From an uncultured Candidatus Saccharibacteria bacterium (GTDB lineage Bacteria > Patescibacteriota > Minisyncoccia > 2-02-FULL-40-12 > GWA2-44-9): a stretch of DNA of 41,668 nt. A model generated the notes under the pieces. The model did no database searches and was not told where the DNA came from. It saw nothing but the letters and a program-made list of their open reading frames with translations. Location: assembly GCA_964653875.1 (NCBI GenBank), contig CAZZGH010000002.1:1-41668 (forward strand). The letters are read 5' to 3'. Position numbers and translations under genes: made by a program. Shown here piece after piece: positions 24,671 to 31,614 of this stretch. Each line of letters opens with the position of its first letter. Position 1 is the stretch's first letter.

Positions 24671-25530
24671 TGGCTTAATGATAAGTTTTCTGCTCGGACA
24701 TCGTGTCTAATATCCAGTTCTTTGAATATCTTGAACAGGTCATCCTTAATCATACCAAAATTTTTGGCCAGGTTGTTGATCAGTTGTTTTCTTTTGCCGG
24801 AAAAGCCGGCTTTTATCAGCTTAAAAAATATTTCATGATTGGTTAATGTTAGCTGATCGTGGGGTGCCTGCCCTGTACCAAACCCGCCCCCCTTCTTAAT
24901 GGTGGTCAGCGGAATAGTTTGGTGCGGGGTTAGTTTTATTATCGCCGAATCCACCTTCGGCGTCGGCCGAAAACTTCCTCGGGAGACATAACATATTATT
25001 TTTACATCCGAATAAAGTTGAACTGATAAAGCAAGAAGATTCATGTTCGGTGGTTTGGCGACAATTCTTTGAGCAACTTCTTTTTGAACAGTTAGGATAA
25101 TTAATTCTGGCCTCGGCCACTCCTCGAAGATAGTTTTCAGAAGGTGTGAAGTTATGTAATATGGGATATTTGCCACAACCTTATACAAGGTTAAACCTTG
25201 TATAACAAGGTTTAACCTTGGTATTTTCATTAAACTTTCAATTGTAAAATTTAATATATCCCCCTCTATCACCTCAACGTTTGTGTTTTTAAATTTTTCT
25301 TTTAACTCACCTATGAGTCTGTGGTCTTTTTCTACAGCTATAACTCGTCCGGCTTGTCCTGAGTTAGTCGAACGGACTTTTTCGGAAAGTAGTTTCGTTA
25401 GGTTTCCCGTTCCGGGACCGATTTCTAAAACAGTATCGTTCGGACTTAATTCTGCCGCGGACACTATTTTTTCAAGTACGCCCGCGTTTATCAGAAAATT
25501 CTGGCCGAGAGATTTTTTGGGATATGGCAT
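24637..25530 (-). CDS. rsmA: 16S rRNA (adenine1518/1519-N6)-dimethyltransferase RsmA/KsgA
   Basis: KKSLGQNFL, VLEIGPGTGNLT and ANIPYYITS. 297 aa with apparent insertions. Confidence 0.9.
   Translation of the reverse strand: MPYPKKSLGQNFLINAGVLEKIVSAAELSPNDTVLEIGPGTGNLTKLLSEKVRSTNSGQAGRVIAVEKDHRLIGELKEKFKNTNVEVIEGDILNFTIESLMKIPRLNLVIQGLTLYKVVANIPYYITSHLLKTIFEEWPRPELIILTVQKEVAQRIVAKPPNMNLLALSVQLYSDVKIICYVSRGSFRPTPKVDSAIIKLTPHQTIPLTTIKKGGGFGTGQAPHDQLTLTNHEIFFKLIKAGFSGKRKQLINNLAKNFGMIKDDLFKIFKELDIRHDVRAENLSLSQWTELSKFMEK
25177..25220. repeat. Nested/tandem palindromes inside the rsmA coding sequence
   Basis: Alternating arms aacctt/aaggtt occur five times. 25181-25205 ttatacaaggtt-a-aaccttgtataa is a perfect palindrome. 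25206-25220 caaggtt-t-aaccttg follows. Confidence 0.85.
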
Positions 25531-25535
25531 AGGTT

Positions 25536-25577
25536 AATGTCCCCCAAATTATGCAAATGCATAATTTGGGGGACATT
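25536..25577. repeat. Palindromic element, family copy 1 (pcrA-rsmA junction)
   Basis: aatgtcccccaaattatgca-aa-tgcataatttgggggacatt, with 20-bp arms. Confidence 0.9.
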
Positions 25578-25588
25578 TTATGTCGTAA

Positions 25589-27553
25589 TCAATATTCTAT
25601 GATTTCATCGTCGGAATAGCTCCCTTCAAATAAGGGTTGAATTTTTAGGATATCTTGGGGCATTTCATAAATAAATCGTGACGGCAGGTTTGTTTGAGTT
25701 GAGCCAAAAATATTTCTATATTTTGCATGAGTTAAAATCAGCCGATCTTTTGCCCGGGTAATGGCGACATAGCAAAGTCGGCGTTCCTCCTCTAATTCCA
25801 GAGGAGCTAAGGTGGCTCGGCTATGAGGAAAGAGACCTTCTTCCATGCCGGCGATAAAGACAACCGGGAACTCCAGTCCTTTTGAAGAATGAATTGTCAT
25901 TAAAGTTATCCGGTCAGCGGAATTTTTCATTTTGTCCGTTTCCTGCAAGAGGGCGATTTCTTCTAAGAATTTTTCTATCCCTTCTTCTCCCGGCAGTGTG
26001 TCATATTTTTTGGAAACGGTCAGGAGTTCTTTTATGTTCTCCATCCGATCGTCTGTGTCGACGTAGAGGTCTTTTTTTATAGCTAAATTTTTTAGATATT
26101 CTTCGTAGTTAGTTTCTTTGACGATATGTTTTATGACAGATGTTAGACTCCTGTGTTTTTTTCTTTCCGACAGATCGACCAAAAGGTTTTTAAATTCGAT
26201 TAAAGATTTAGCTTGTTTTGTGTTGCCTTTTTCTTTAGCCAGTATTCCGATTGATTGAATCAGGTCGGGTGCGCCAATTGACGTAATTTTATTGAATGTC
26301 GTTTCGCCGATTCCCCTTGTCGGAACATTGTAGATTCTTTCAAGACTAATCAAATCAGTCGGATTAACCATGAATCTTAAATAAGAAAGAATGTCTTTTA
26401 TTTCTTTTCTCTCATAAAATCTTAGTCCGCCCACAATTTGATAGGGAAACCCTCTGGTTATCAGCTCTTCTTCAATTGCCCTTGATTGAGCGTGGGTTCG
26501 ATATAAAATCGTGAAATCTTGAATTTTATGCCCCGATTCCAAAAGAGAATCAATTTTGTCGGTTATAAATTCGGCTTCGGCCCTCTCGTTCAAAGTTTCC
26601 CTGACATGTATCTTCTCCCCTTTCGTATTTTCCGTCCACAATTCTTTGGGGACTTGAGTTTGGTTGTTTGAAATTATGTTTTGAGCTGCGGCGAGAATAT
26701 TTTTTGTAGAGCGGTAATTTTGTTCAAGAAAAATAACTTTGGCGTCGGGATAATCTTTCTGGAAATTCAGAATATTTCTGATATCGGCATCGCGGAAAGC
26801 GTAAATTGATTGGGCGTCATCACCTATTGCGAAGATGTTTCTGCTTTTGGCCGAGAGGAGATTGACCAGAGTGTATTGGTCGTGGCTGGTATCCTGATAC
26901 TCGTCTACAAGAATATATTTCCAGAAACTCTGATATTTTTCCAGAATTTCGGGGTTTTGTTTGAAAATTTTAACGGTTAGAACAATTAAATCATCAAAGT
27001 CTAGGCCGCTCATCCTTTTTAGTTCTGTCTGGTAGTTGTTGTAAACCCTGGAAACAATTTTTGTAAAAAATTCTGTGGGGTTATAGTTTTCAGGGAAGAT
27101 TAGATTGGTCTTAAGCTTAGAAATTTTGTTTAATATCAAATGCGGATTATATCTCTTAGGATCAATTTCTAGATTTACCATTACTTTTTTGATTAAGCTT
27201 ACCTGATCATTGGTGTCAAAAATTGAGAAGTTTGATTTGTAACCAAGGAGAGAAATTTCTTTTCTCAATATTCTCAAACATATTGAATGAAAAGTGCCGG
27301 TCATGGGTTGAGCCGATTTAGTCTGAAGTAACTTATCAATCCTTTCTTTCATTTCGTTTGATGCTTTGTTTGTAAAAGTGATGGCCAAGATACTACCGGG
27401 TCTTATTCCTTGAGAAATTAAGTAAGCCACCCGATGAGTTAAGCAGCGAGTTTTACCTGAACCCGGACCGGAAATAACCAAAACAGGACCGTCAATTGCT
27501 TTGACGGCCTCTATTTGTTTGTCGTTTAGGTTTTTGAATATTTCGTCGTTCAT
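25589..27553 (-). CDS. pcrA: UvrD/PcrA-family ATP-dependent DNA helicase
   Basis: VISGPGSGKT, ILVDEYQDT, TIHSSKGLEF and VAITRAKDRL. ATG 27553 is preferred over GTG 27568. Confidence 0.9.
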   Translation of the reverse strand: MNDEIFKNLNDKQIEAVKAIDGPVLVISGPGSGKTRCLTHRVAYLISQGIRPGSILAITFTNKASNEMKERIDKLLQTKSAQPMTGTFHSICLRILRKEISLLGYKSNFSIFDTNDQVSLIKKVMVNLEIDPKRYNPHLILNKISKLKTNLIFPENYNPTEFFTKIVSRVYNNYQTELKRMSGLDFDDLIVLTVKIFKQNPEILEKYQSFWKYILVDEYQDTSHDQYTLVNLLSAKSRNIFAIGDDAQSIYAFRDADIRNILNFQKDYPDAKVIFLEQNYRSTKNILAAAQNIISNNQTQVPKELWTENTKGEKIHVRETLNERAEAEFITDKIDSLLESGHKIQDFTILYRTHAQSRAIEEELITRGFPYQIVGGLRFYERKEIKDILSYLRFMVNPTDLISLERIYNVPTRGIGETTFNKITSIGAPDLIQSIGILAKEKGNTKQAKSLIEFKNLLVDLSERKKHRSLTSVIKHIVKETNYEEYLKNLAIKKDLYVDTDDRMENIKELLTVSKKYDTLPGEEGIEKFLEEIALLQETDKMKNSADRITLMTIHSSKGLEFPVVFIAGMEEGLFPHSRATLAPLELEEERRLCYVAITRAKDRLILTHAKYRNIFGSTQTNLPSRFIYEMPQDILKIQPLFEGSYSDDEIIEY

Positions 27554-27657
27554 GAATTTTGTGGTCACAAGTATTTTTCCTGACGGAAAAATCTCGCGAC
27601 CCCGGCTCGCGGTTTTTGCCTTTCGCTATCGCTCAAACAAAAACATCGCTCCGCCTT

Positions 27658-27705
27658 CCACAAGAGCTAAAAATCTCAAGCAGTTGAGGTTTTAAGCTCT
27701 TGTGG
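27658..27705 (-). terminator. Long hairpin immediately after tRNA-Ala copy 1
   Basis: ccacaagagct ... agctcttgtgg, with inner stem ctcaa-gcag-ttgag. It overlaps the last 3 nt of the tRNA. Confidence 0.5.
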
Positions 27706-27773
27706 ACCCGGGGAGAATCGAACTCCCGCCTCGACAATGCGAATGTTGCGTTATGCCACTTAACTACGGGCTC
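27703..27773 (-). tRNA. tRNA-Ala(CGC), copy 1, no encoded CCA, with two A-C mismatches
   Basis: Hand-folded cloverleaf. Acceptor gagcccg/cgggtcc with G3:U70. D stem gtta/taac. Anticodon loop ttCGCat. T arm gggag-ttcgatt-ctccc. A2:C71 mismatch plus one A-C in the anticodon stem. Confidence 0.75.
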
Positions 27774-28154
27774 TTATCTAACTTTTTTTATTTCACCAAA
27801 CGGGTGCGGTAATTCTCTGGCTTCAATGAGATCTTCCACGTGTTTTTGCCAAAGTTTTAATTTAGCTTCCATGTTTTCTCTGGCAACATTGTTTTGTGAA
27901 TGAATTCTAATCTCTGCTCGGAACAACTCAGGATGTTTTTCTGACATCCATTTCATGATTTCCAAACCCTCAGTTAGTTCTCCACTATTTTCACCCAAGT
28001 CATTATCAAGACTTAGGGCATCAATTCTTTCTCCAGATTTGCTGGCCTCGTCTATAAGAGACTTAAATTCTTCAAAATTAATCGCTACTCGCCAACCATC
28101 GGGTATCCAATTTTTCCGCTCGTTATGAGCTTGATCGTCTAAAAATATTTTCAT
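27774..28154 (-). CDS. Cyclic-phosphate-processing receiver (cREC)-like domain protein
   Basis: MKIFLDD...DGW...IDALSLDNDLGE...EGLEIMKWM...IRIHSQNNVARENM matches my recollection of the family pattern (LDD, GW, SLDHDLG, HS.NP..R..M). The internal ATG was chosen because the ORF-track N-terminus runs through a tRNA gene. Confidence 0.65.
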   Translation of the reverse strand: MKIFLDDQAHNERKNWIPDGWRVAINFEEFKSLIDEASKSGERIDALSLDNDLGENSGELTEGLEIMKWMSEKHPELFRAEIRIHSQNNVARENMEAKLKLWQKHVEDLIEARELPHPFGEIKKVR

Positions 28155-28190
28155 AGGTTTTTTATCAGTTAATCCTCGGTAAATCAAATT

Positions 28191-28264
28191 TGGTGGACCC
28201 GGCGGTAATCGAAACCGCGTCCCGGCAATGCGAATGCCGTATATTACCACTATACGACGGGCCC
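28191..28264 (-). tRNA. tRNA-Ala(CGC), copy 2, CCA encoded
   Basis: Acceptor gggcccg/cgggtcc with G3:U70. Perfect anticodon stem cggca/tgccg. Anticodon loop ttCGCat. T arm gcggt-ttcgatt-accgc. 3' ACCA. Confidence 0.85.
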
Positions 28265-28267
28265 AAT

Positions 28268-29152
28268 TTAAATTAATCTACTCAAAATTTTATCTAATTG
28301 ATTATTTGGATACAAGTCTTTAGGATAAATTCCAATAAGTTTTATCTTATTTTTGCGGCAGAGTTTAATTTTTTCTTTTACAGCCCTATCGTATCTTGGG
28401 CTATCTTTTGCAAGACCAAAGTATTCGACAAATATTTTACCATTTTTTATGGACCAATCGGCCTTGTGGTCGGTAGTCGGGTATTTTGTGTCACGGTTAT
28501 GGGGGATACCGCGCTTGGTTAGCCAGTTGTCGACTATGGCTTCAGAGATTGAATCACAGACATGGCCATCATTAGCTTTGGTTTTCATACGGCGATACAT
28601 GCGGTGGTCATGAGAACGATGTGGCGTAAAATTAGCGGCGATTATCGCGTTGTTCCATGAGCCAAATTGGTGGATAGCTTTATGTGATATTTCCATTATT
28701 TCTCTTTTGGCAGGAACTCGTTTGTTCTTGCCATAGTGATTCTTAATAATAGAAATTATCTGTTCTTTAGAATACTTAGGAACATGAGAATAATGAAAGC
28801 TTGACCACCCGCACTTACTTGAACAATATTTAGATTCCCTGTTCTTAAACTCCTTACCACAAACCTTGCAATATCTTTTGGGCCATTTTGGATATCTTTG
28901 ATTATTTACAATCGCAGCACAGGATTTAGAGCAGTAGTTAGACGCAGAAATGTTGCCTGGTGCTCTGTAGAATTTTTTGCCGCACTCATGGTTCTCGCAA
29001 AGTATAATACTGCCTCGTATTTTGGATTTGTAATGACATTTTTTAGAGCAAAATGAATGATAGCCAGCATTTTTGTTAAAAATAAAATAAGCTCTCTTCG
29101 TCAGGAATTGTTTGCGGCAAAAATAACATCGGATTTTTACCCTTGATAACAC
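28268..29152 (-). CDS. Triple zinc-ribbon protein with a homing-endonuclease-associated repeat and a C-terminal PD-(D/E)XK (Vsr/DUF559-like) nuclease-like domain
   Basis: Three CxxC...FCSxxC units. FGSWNNAIIAANF repeat motif. The C-terminus DSISEAIVDNWL...ADWSIKNGKIFVEYFG...KIKL...KLIGIY resembles a restriction-endonuclease fold. GTG start. Confidence 0.5.
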   Translation of the reverse strand: MLSRVKIRCYFCRKQFLTKRAYFIFNKNAGYHSFCSKKCHYKSKIRGSIILCENHECGKKFYRAPGNISASNYCSKSCAAIVNNQRYPKWPKRYCKVCGKEFKNRESKYCSSKCGWSSFHYSHVPKYSKEQIISIIKNHYGKNKRVPAKREIMEISHKAIHQFGSWNNAIIAANFTPHRSHDHRMYRRMKTKANDGHVCDSISEAIVDNWLTKRGIPHNRDTKYPTTDHKADWSIKNGKIFVEYFGLAKDSPRYDRAVKEKIKLCRKNKIKLIGIYPKDLYPNNQLDKILSRLI

Positions 29153-29158
29153 CCTTTA

Positions 29159-29164
29159 ATTATA
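29159..29164 (-). promoter_or_regulatory. -10 box TATAAT, 6 nt upstream of the GTG start of the zinc-ribbon ORF
   Basis: Minus strand reads gaTATAATtaaaggGTG. Confidence 0.35.
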
Positions 29165-29221
29165 TCAAAGTTTAAGTCGAGCTACAAGGATTTGAATCTC
29201 GGATTCTTTCGCACCATTTTG

Positions 29222-29293
29222 TCAGGCTGGAGGGAGTCGGACCCTCTTTCTCTATCGCCCGAGGATAGCGTGTTACCGTTACACTACAGCCTG
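29222..29293 (-). tRNA. tRNA-Pro(CGG), no encoded CCA, unusual T-loop
   Basis: Acceptor caggctg/cagcctg (C1:G72, typical of bacterial tRNA-Pro). D arm gtgt-aacggta-acac. Anticodon loop ctCGGgc with G37. T arm gaggg-tccgact-ccctc. Confidence 0.8.
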
Positions 29294-29297
29294 GAAT

Positions 29298-30731
29298 TTA
29301 TACATAATATTTCTTCATCCTCTCCTTCTCTTCTTCCTCAATGGCTTTTTCTATTGTCTCCAACGATTTTCTTAATTCTTCCGGTGTTTTTTTATCCAAT
29401 TCATGAATTCTTTTTTCCAGATATTCTTTGGTGTTTTTATTTGGGTCGTCAATTACTTCAGCCAAAAGATAATTCAAGATTAATCCGATTTTTGGCCCTG
29501 GTTTTATATCAAGTTCCTTCATAATATCTTCTCCTCCAATTTTGAGCATTTTTACGGAGATAGGATCGCTGGAGACCTTGTCTATAATATACTGAAGATG
29601 GCGTAATTTATAGGGAACAGCCTTTGGTCTGCCCGAACCTATTCTGTCCGCTTCGCGGACCTTTATCAAGTCTTCAATATTTTCTAAGCTAATCTTTGTC
29701 AACAACCTTCTTACCGAGGACTCCGTTACCTCTTCGGGATTATAGTAGAACATATGGTAGCGGACCAGTTTTATTATTTTTTCAGCCTGATCTTTTGGGA
29801 ATTTTAGCCGAGACATTATTTCTGCAACCATTTTTGCCCCGATAACCTCATGGCCGTAGAATGTTGAATTCCGGCCCGCTCCCCTTTTAGATTTTGGTTT
29901 ACCTATGTCATGAAACAATGATGCCAAACGCACATCCAAAGAATAGTTTTTTTCTGCCGAATATTTTAGTGCCTTGACGAGATGTTCCCAAACGGTATAA
30001 ATATGGTGCAAGTTTTGTTCAACTCCAACTCCTTCTAATAATTCAGGAATAATATGTTTAAGCAACCCTGTTTCTTGGAGACGGATAACCCCGTCGTAGG
30101 CATTGTCGGAATTAATAATTTTTACAAATTCGTCCCGGATTCTCTCTTTGGAAATAGCTACCAGCCAGGCAGAGTTTTTGTTTATTGCTTCAAGTGTTTC
30201 CTTTTCTATTTTAAAACCAAGGAGCGTTGCAAATCTTATGGCTCTTAATAGTCGGAGGGCATCCTCATTAAATCTTTCTTCGGGCTTACCTACTGTCCTT
30301 ATTGTTTTGGATTTTAAGTCTTTCTGGCCGTTGAATAAGTCTATAATTTCTCCATTTATGTCCATTGCCAACGCATTTACCGTAAAATCACGCCGTGACA
30401 AGTCATCTTCAAGTTTGTCGGCGAATTTAACAGAATCTGGATGGCGTTTGTCCGTATATTTACCCTCAATACGGTATGGTGTGACCTCGACAAGAGCAAG
30501 TTCAGGTTTTTCTGAATTCGTTTTAACTGCTACTGTGCCGAATGTATTTTCATAGACATGTTCGGGGAATAATTTTTGTATTTTTTCGGGCTTGGCGTTT
30601 GTAGTGACATCCCAATCTTTCGGTTCTTTGCCCAATAACAAATCACGGACACAGCCTCCTACTGTATATCCTTCAAGTCCTGCGCTATTTAATTTTTTTA
30701 TAATCTCCCGTATTTCTTTTGGAAGTTGCAT
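29298..30731 (-). CDS. cca: CCA-adding tRNA nucleotidyltransferase with HD domain
   Basis: GGCVRDLLLG and DWDV polymerase-beta motifs. HD motif LFHDIGKP. 477 aa. Confidence 0.85.
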   Translation of the reverse strand: MQLPKEIREIIKKLNSAGLEGYTVGGCVRDLLLGKEPKDWDVTTNAKPEKIQKLFPEHVYENTFGTVAVKTNSEKPELALVEVTPYRIEGKYTDKRHPDSVKFADKLEDDLSRRDFTVNALAMDINGEIIDLFNGQKDLKSKTIRTVGKPEERFNEDALRLLRAIRFATLLGFKIEKETLEAINKNSAWLVAISKERIRDEFVKIINSDNAYDGVIRLQETGLLKHIIPELLEGVGVEQNLHHIYTVWEHLVKALKYSAEKNYSLDVRLASLFHDIGKPKSKRGAGRNSTFYGHEVIGAKMVAEIMSRLKFPKDQAEKIIKLVRYHMFYYNPEEVTESSVRRLLTKISLENIEDLIKVREADRIGSGRPKAVPYKLRHLQYIIDKVSSDPISVKMLKIGGEDIMKELDIKPGPKIGLILNYLLAEVIDDPNKNTKEYLEKRIHELDKKTPEELRKSLETIEKAIEEEEKERMKKYYV

Positions 30732-30743
30732 GTTTTCTTATGA

Positions 30744-30817
30744 TGCCCCGGGCAGGATTTGAACCTGCAGTCTTCCCCTTAGGACGGGGCTGCTTAATCC
30801 AATTAAGCTACCGGGGC
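30744..30817 (-). tRNA. tRNA-Arg(CCT), no encoded CCA
   Basis: Acceptor gccccgg/ccggggc. D arm gctt-aattggatt-aagc. Anticodon loop gtCCTaa. T arm gcagg-ttcaaat-cctgc. Confidence 0.85.
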
Positions 30818-31435
30818 GTTAATTTCTTTTGAAATACCGACAATCAAAGACCTAACTACTTTAAACAAATAGCCACTTTTCCTAACCGCAACTCTGCACA
30901 TTCCAAATTCAGTCCTACCCCTCTTGCCACCATCGTTATAATACATGTTAATTTGTTTTTTAGGAACTTTTGTTATTTTTGACCAGTGTCTTAAACACTT
31001 GTCTCGATTCATCCCGGTAAAATACCTGACAGTTATTAGTAGTTGGCCCTTGTCTACACGAAAACATTTTTTTAGTATGCCGATAAATATACTTATCATT
31101 TCTGCATTAGTATTGACGAAAGAAAAAGCATTTTTATTATCTCCTTCAGCCCAGTAAAGCATCGCTAAAAGACTTACTAAATATTTGTTGTTGCTGTTGA
31201 GAAGTATTCTTGCTTCATCTTTTGCTTTAATTAAATCTCGTTCTTTTTTTAACCTACTCCCGCCTTGATTGGCCTTTAATTTTAAGATATACTTTTTCCG
31301 TAACTTAATAGTGTGTATGTGATGCCATACTGTACTTTTTGGCATTGAGAGTATCTTAACCAGCTCCTCAATACTGTGACCTTCTTTTCGTAGCTGCTTT
31401 AGCTGCTCTACTTTTTCTAAAGAATGGACATGCAT
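30803..31435 (-). CDS. HTH plus LAGLIDADG-type homing-endonuclease-like protein
   Basis: N-terminal HTH-like HSIEELVKILSMPKSTVWHHI. LAGLIDADG-like motif LLAMLYWAEGD. The last 15 nt overlap the 5' end of tRNA-Arg. Confidence 0.6.
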   Translation of the reverse strand: MHVHSLEKVEQLKQLRKEGHSIEELVKILSMPKSTVWHHIHTIKLRKKYILKLKANQGGSRLKKERDLIKAKDEARILLNSNNKYLVSLLAMLYWAEGDNKNAFSFVNTNAEMISIFIGILKKCFRVDKGQLLITVRYFTGMNRDKCLRHWSKITKVPKKQINMYYNDGGKRGRTEFGMCRVAVRKSGYLFKVVRSLIVGISKEINAPVA

Positions 31436-31504
31436 AATACATTCAGTATATAATTTTAATTAGAACAAGTAAATAGCTCCTTGTTTATAGATTGAGGTTC
31501 AAAT

Positions 31505-31580
31505 GGGCCGTTAGCTCAGCTGGTAGAGCGTTTCTATGGCATAGAAAAGGTCACCGGTTCAAATCCGGTACGGTCCACCA
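31505..31580 (+). tRNA. tRNA-Ala(GGC), CCA encoded
   Basis: Acceptor gggccgt/acggtcc with G3:U70. Anticodon loop atGGCat. T arm accgg-ttcaaat-ccggt. Confidence 0.9.
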
Positions 31581-31614
31581 AATCTAAAAACGACCCTCGG
31601 GTCGTTTTTAGATT
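31581..31614. terminator. Bidirectional intrinsic terminator (perfect palindrome)
   Basis: aatctaaaaacgaccc-tc-gggtcgtttttagatt. It serves tRNA-Ala(GGC) on the + strand and the gatA-downstream gene on the - strand. Confidence 0.75.

Noticed and set aside
27594-27617. Short hairpin plus T-run (cgcga-ccccggc-tcgcg-gttttt) as an intrinsic terminator.
   Set aside because: The stem is only about 5 bp, and no + strand gene precedes it. The stronger hairpin at 27658-27705 already explains termination after the tRNA.
27774-28250. Full 158-aa ORF-track version of the cREC-like gene. Similar N-terminal extensions exist for gatA (to 33661), ligA (to 36089), hepT (from 17600) and hicA (from 18304).
   Set aside because: The extensions run through a tRNA gene, a palindromic element, tandem repeats or the upstream partner gene. 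Internal ATGs give family-typical N-termini.
29165-29221. tRNA-like fragment (gagattcaaatccttgtagctcgac on the minus strand; ...ttcgcacca on the plus strand), a possible att remnant.
   Set aside because: The T-stem halves do not pair (cgaga versus ccttg), and no matching 5' acceptor strand or full cloverleaf could be built on either strand.
29192-29524. 110-aa plus-strand ORF, and the 27700-27903 plus-strand ORF.
   Set aside because: They overlap tRNA genes and the 3' ends of cca and the cREC gene on the opposite strand, and have no motifs.
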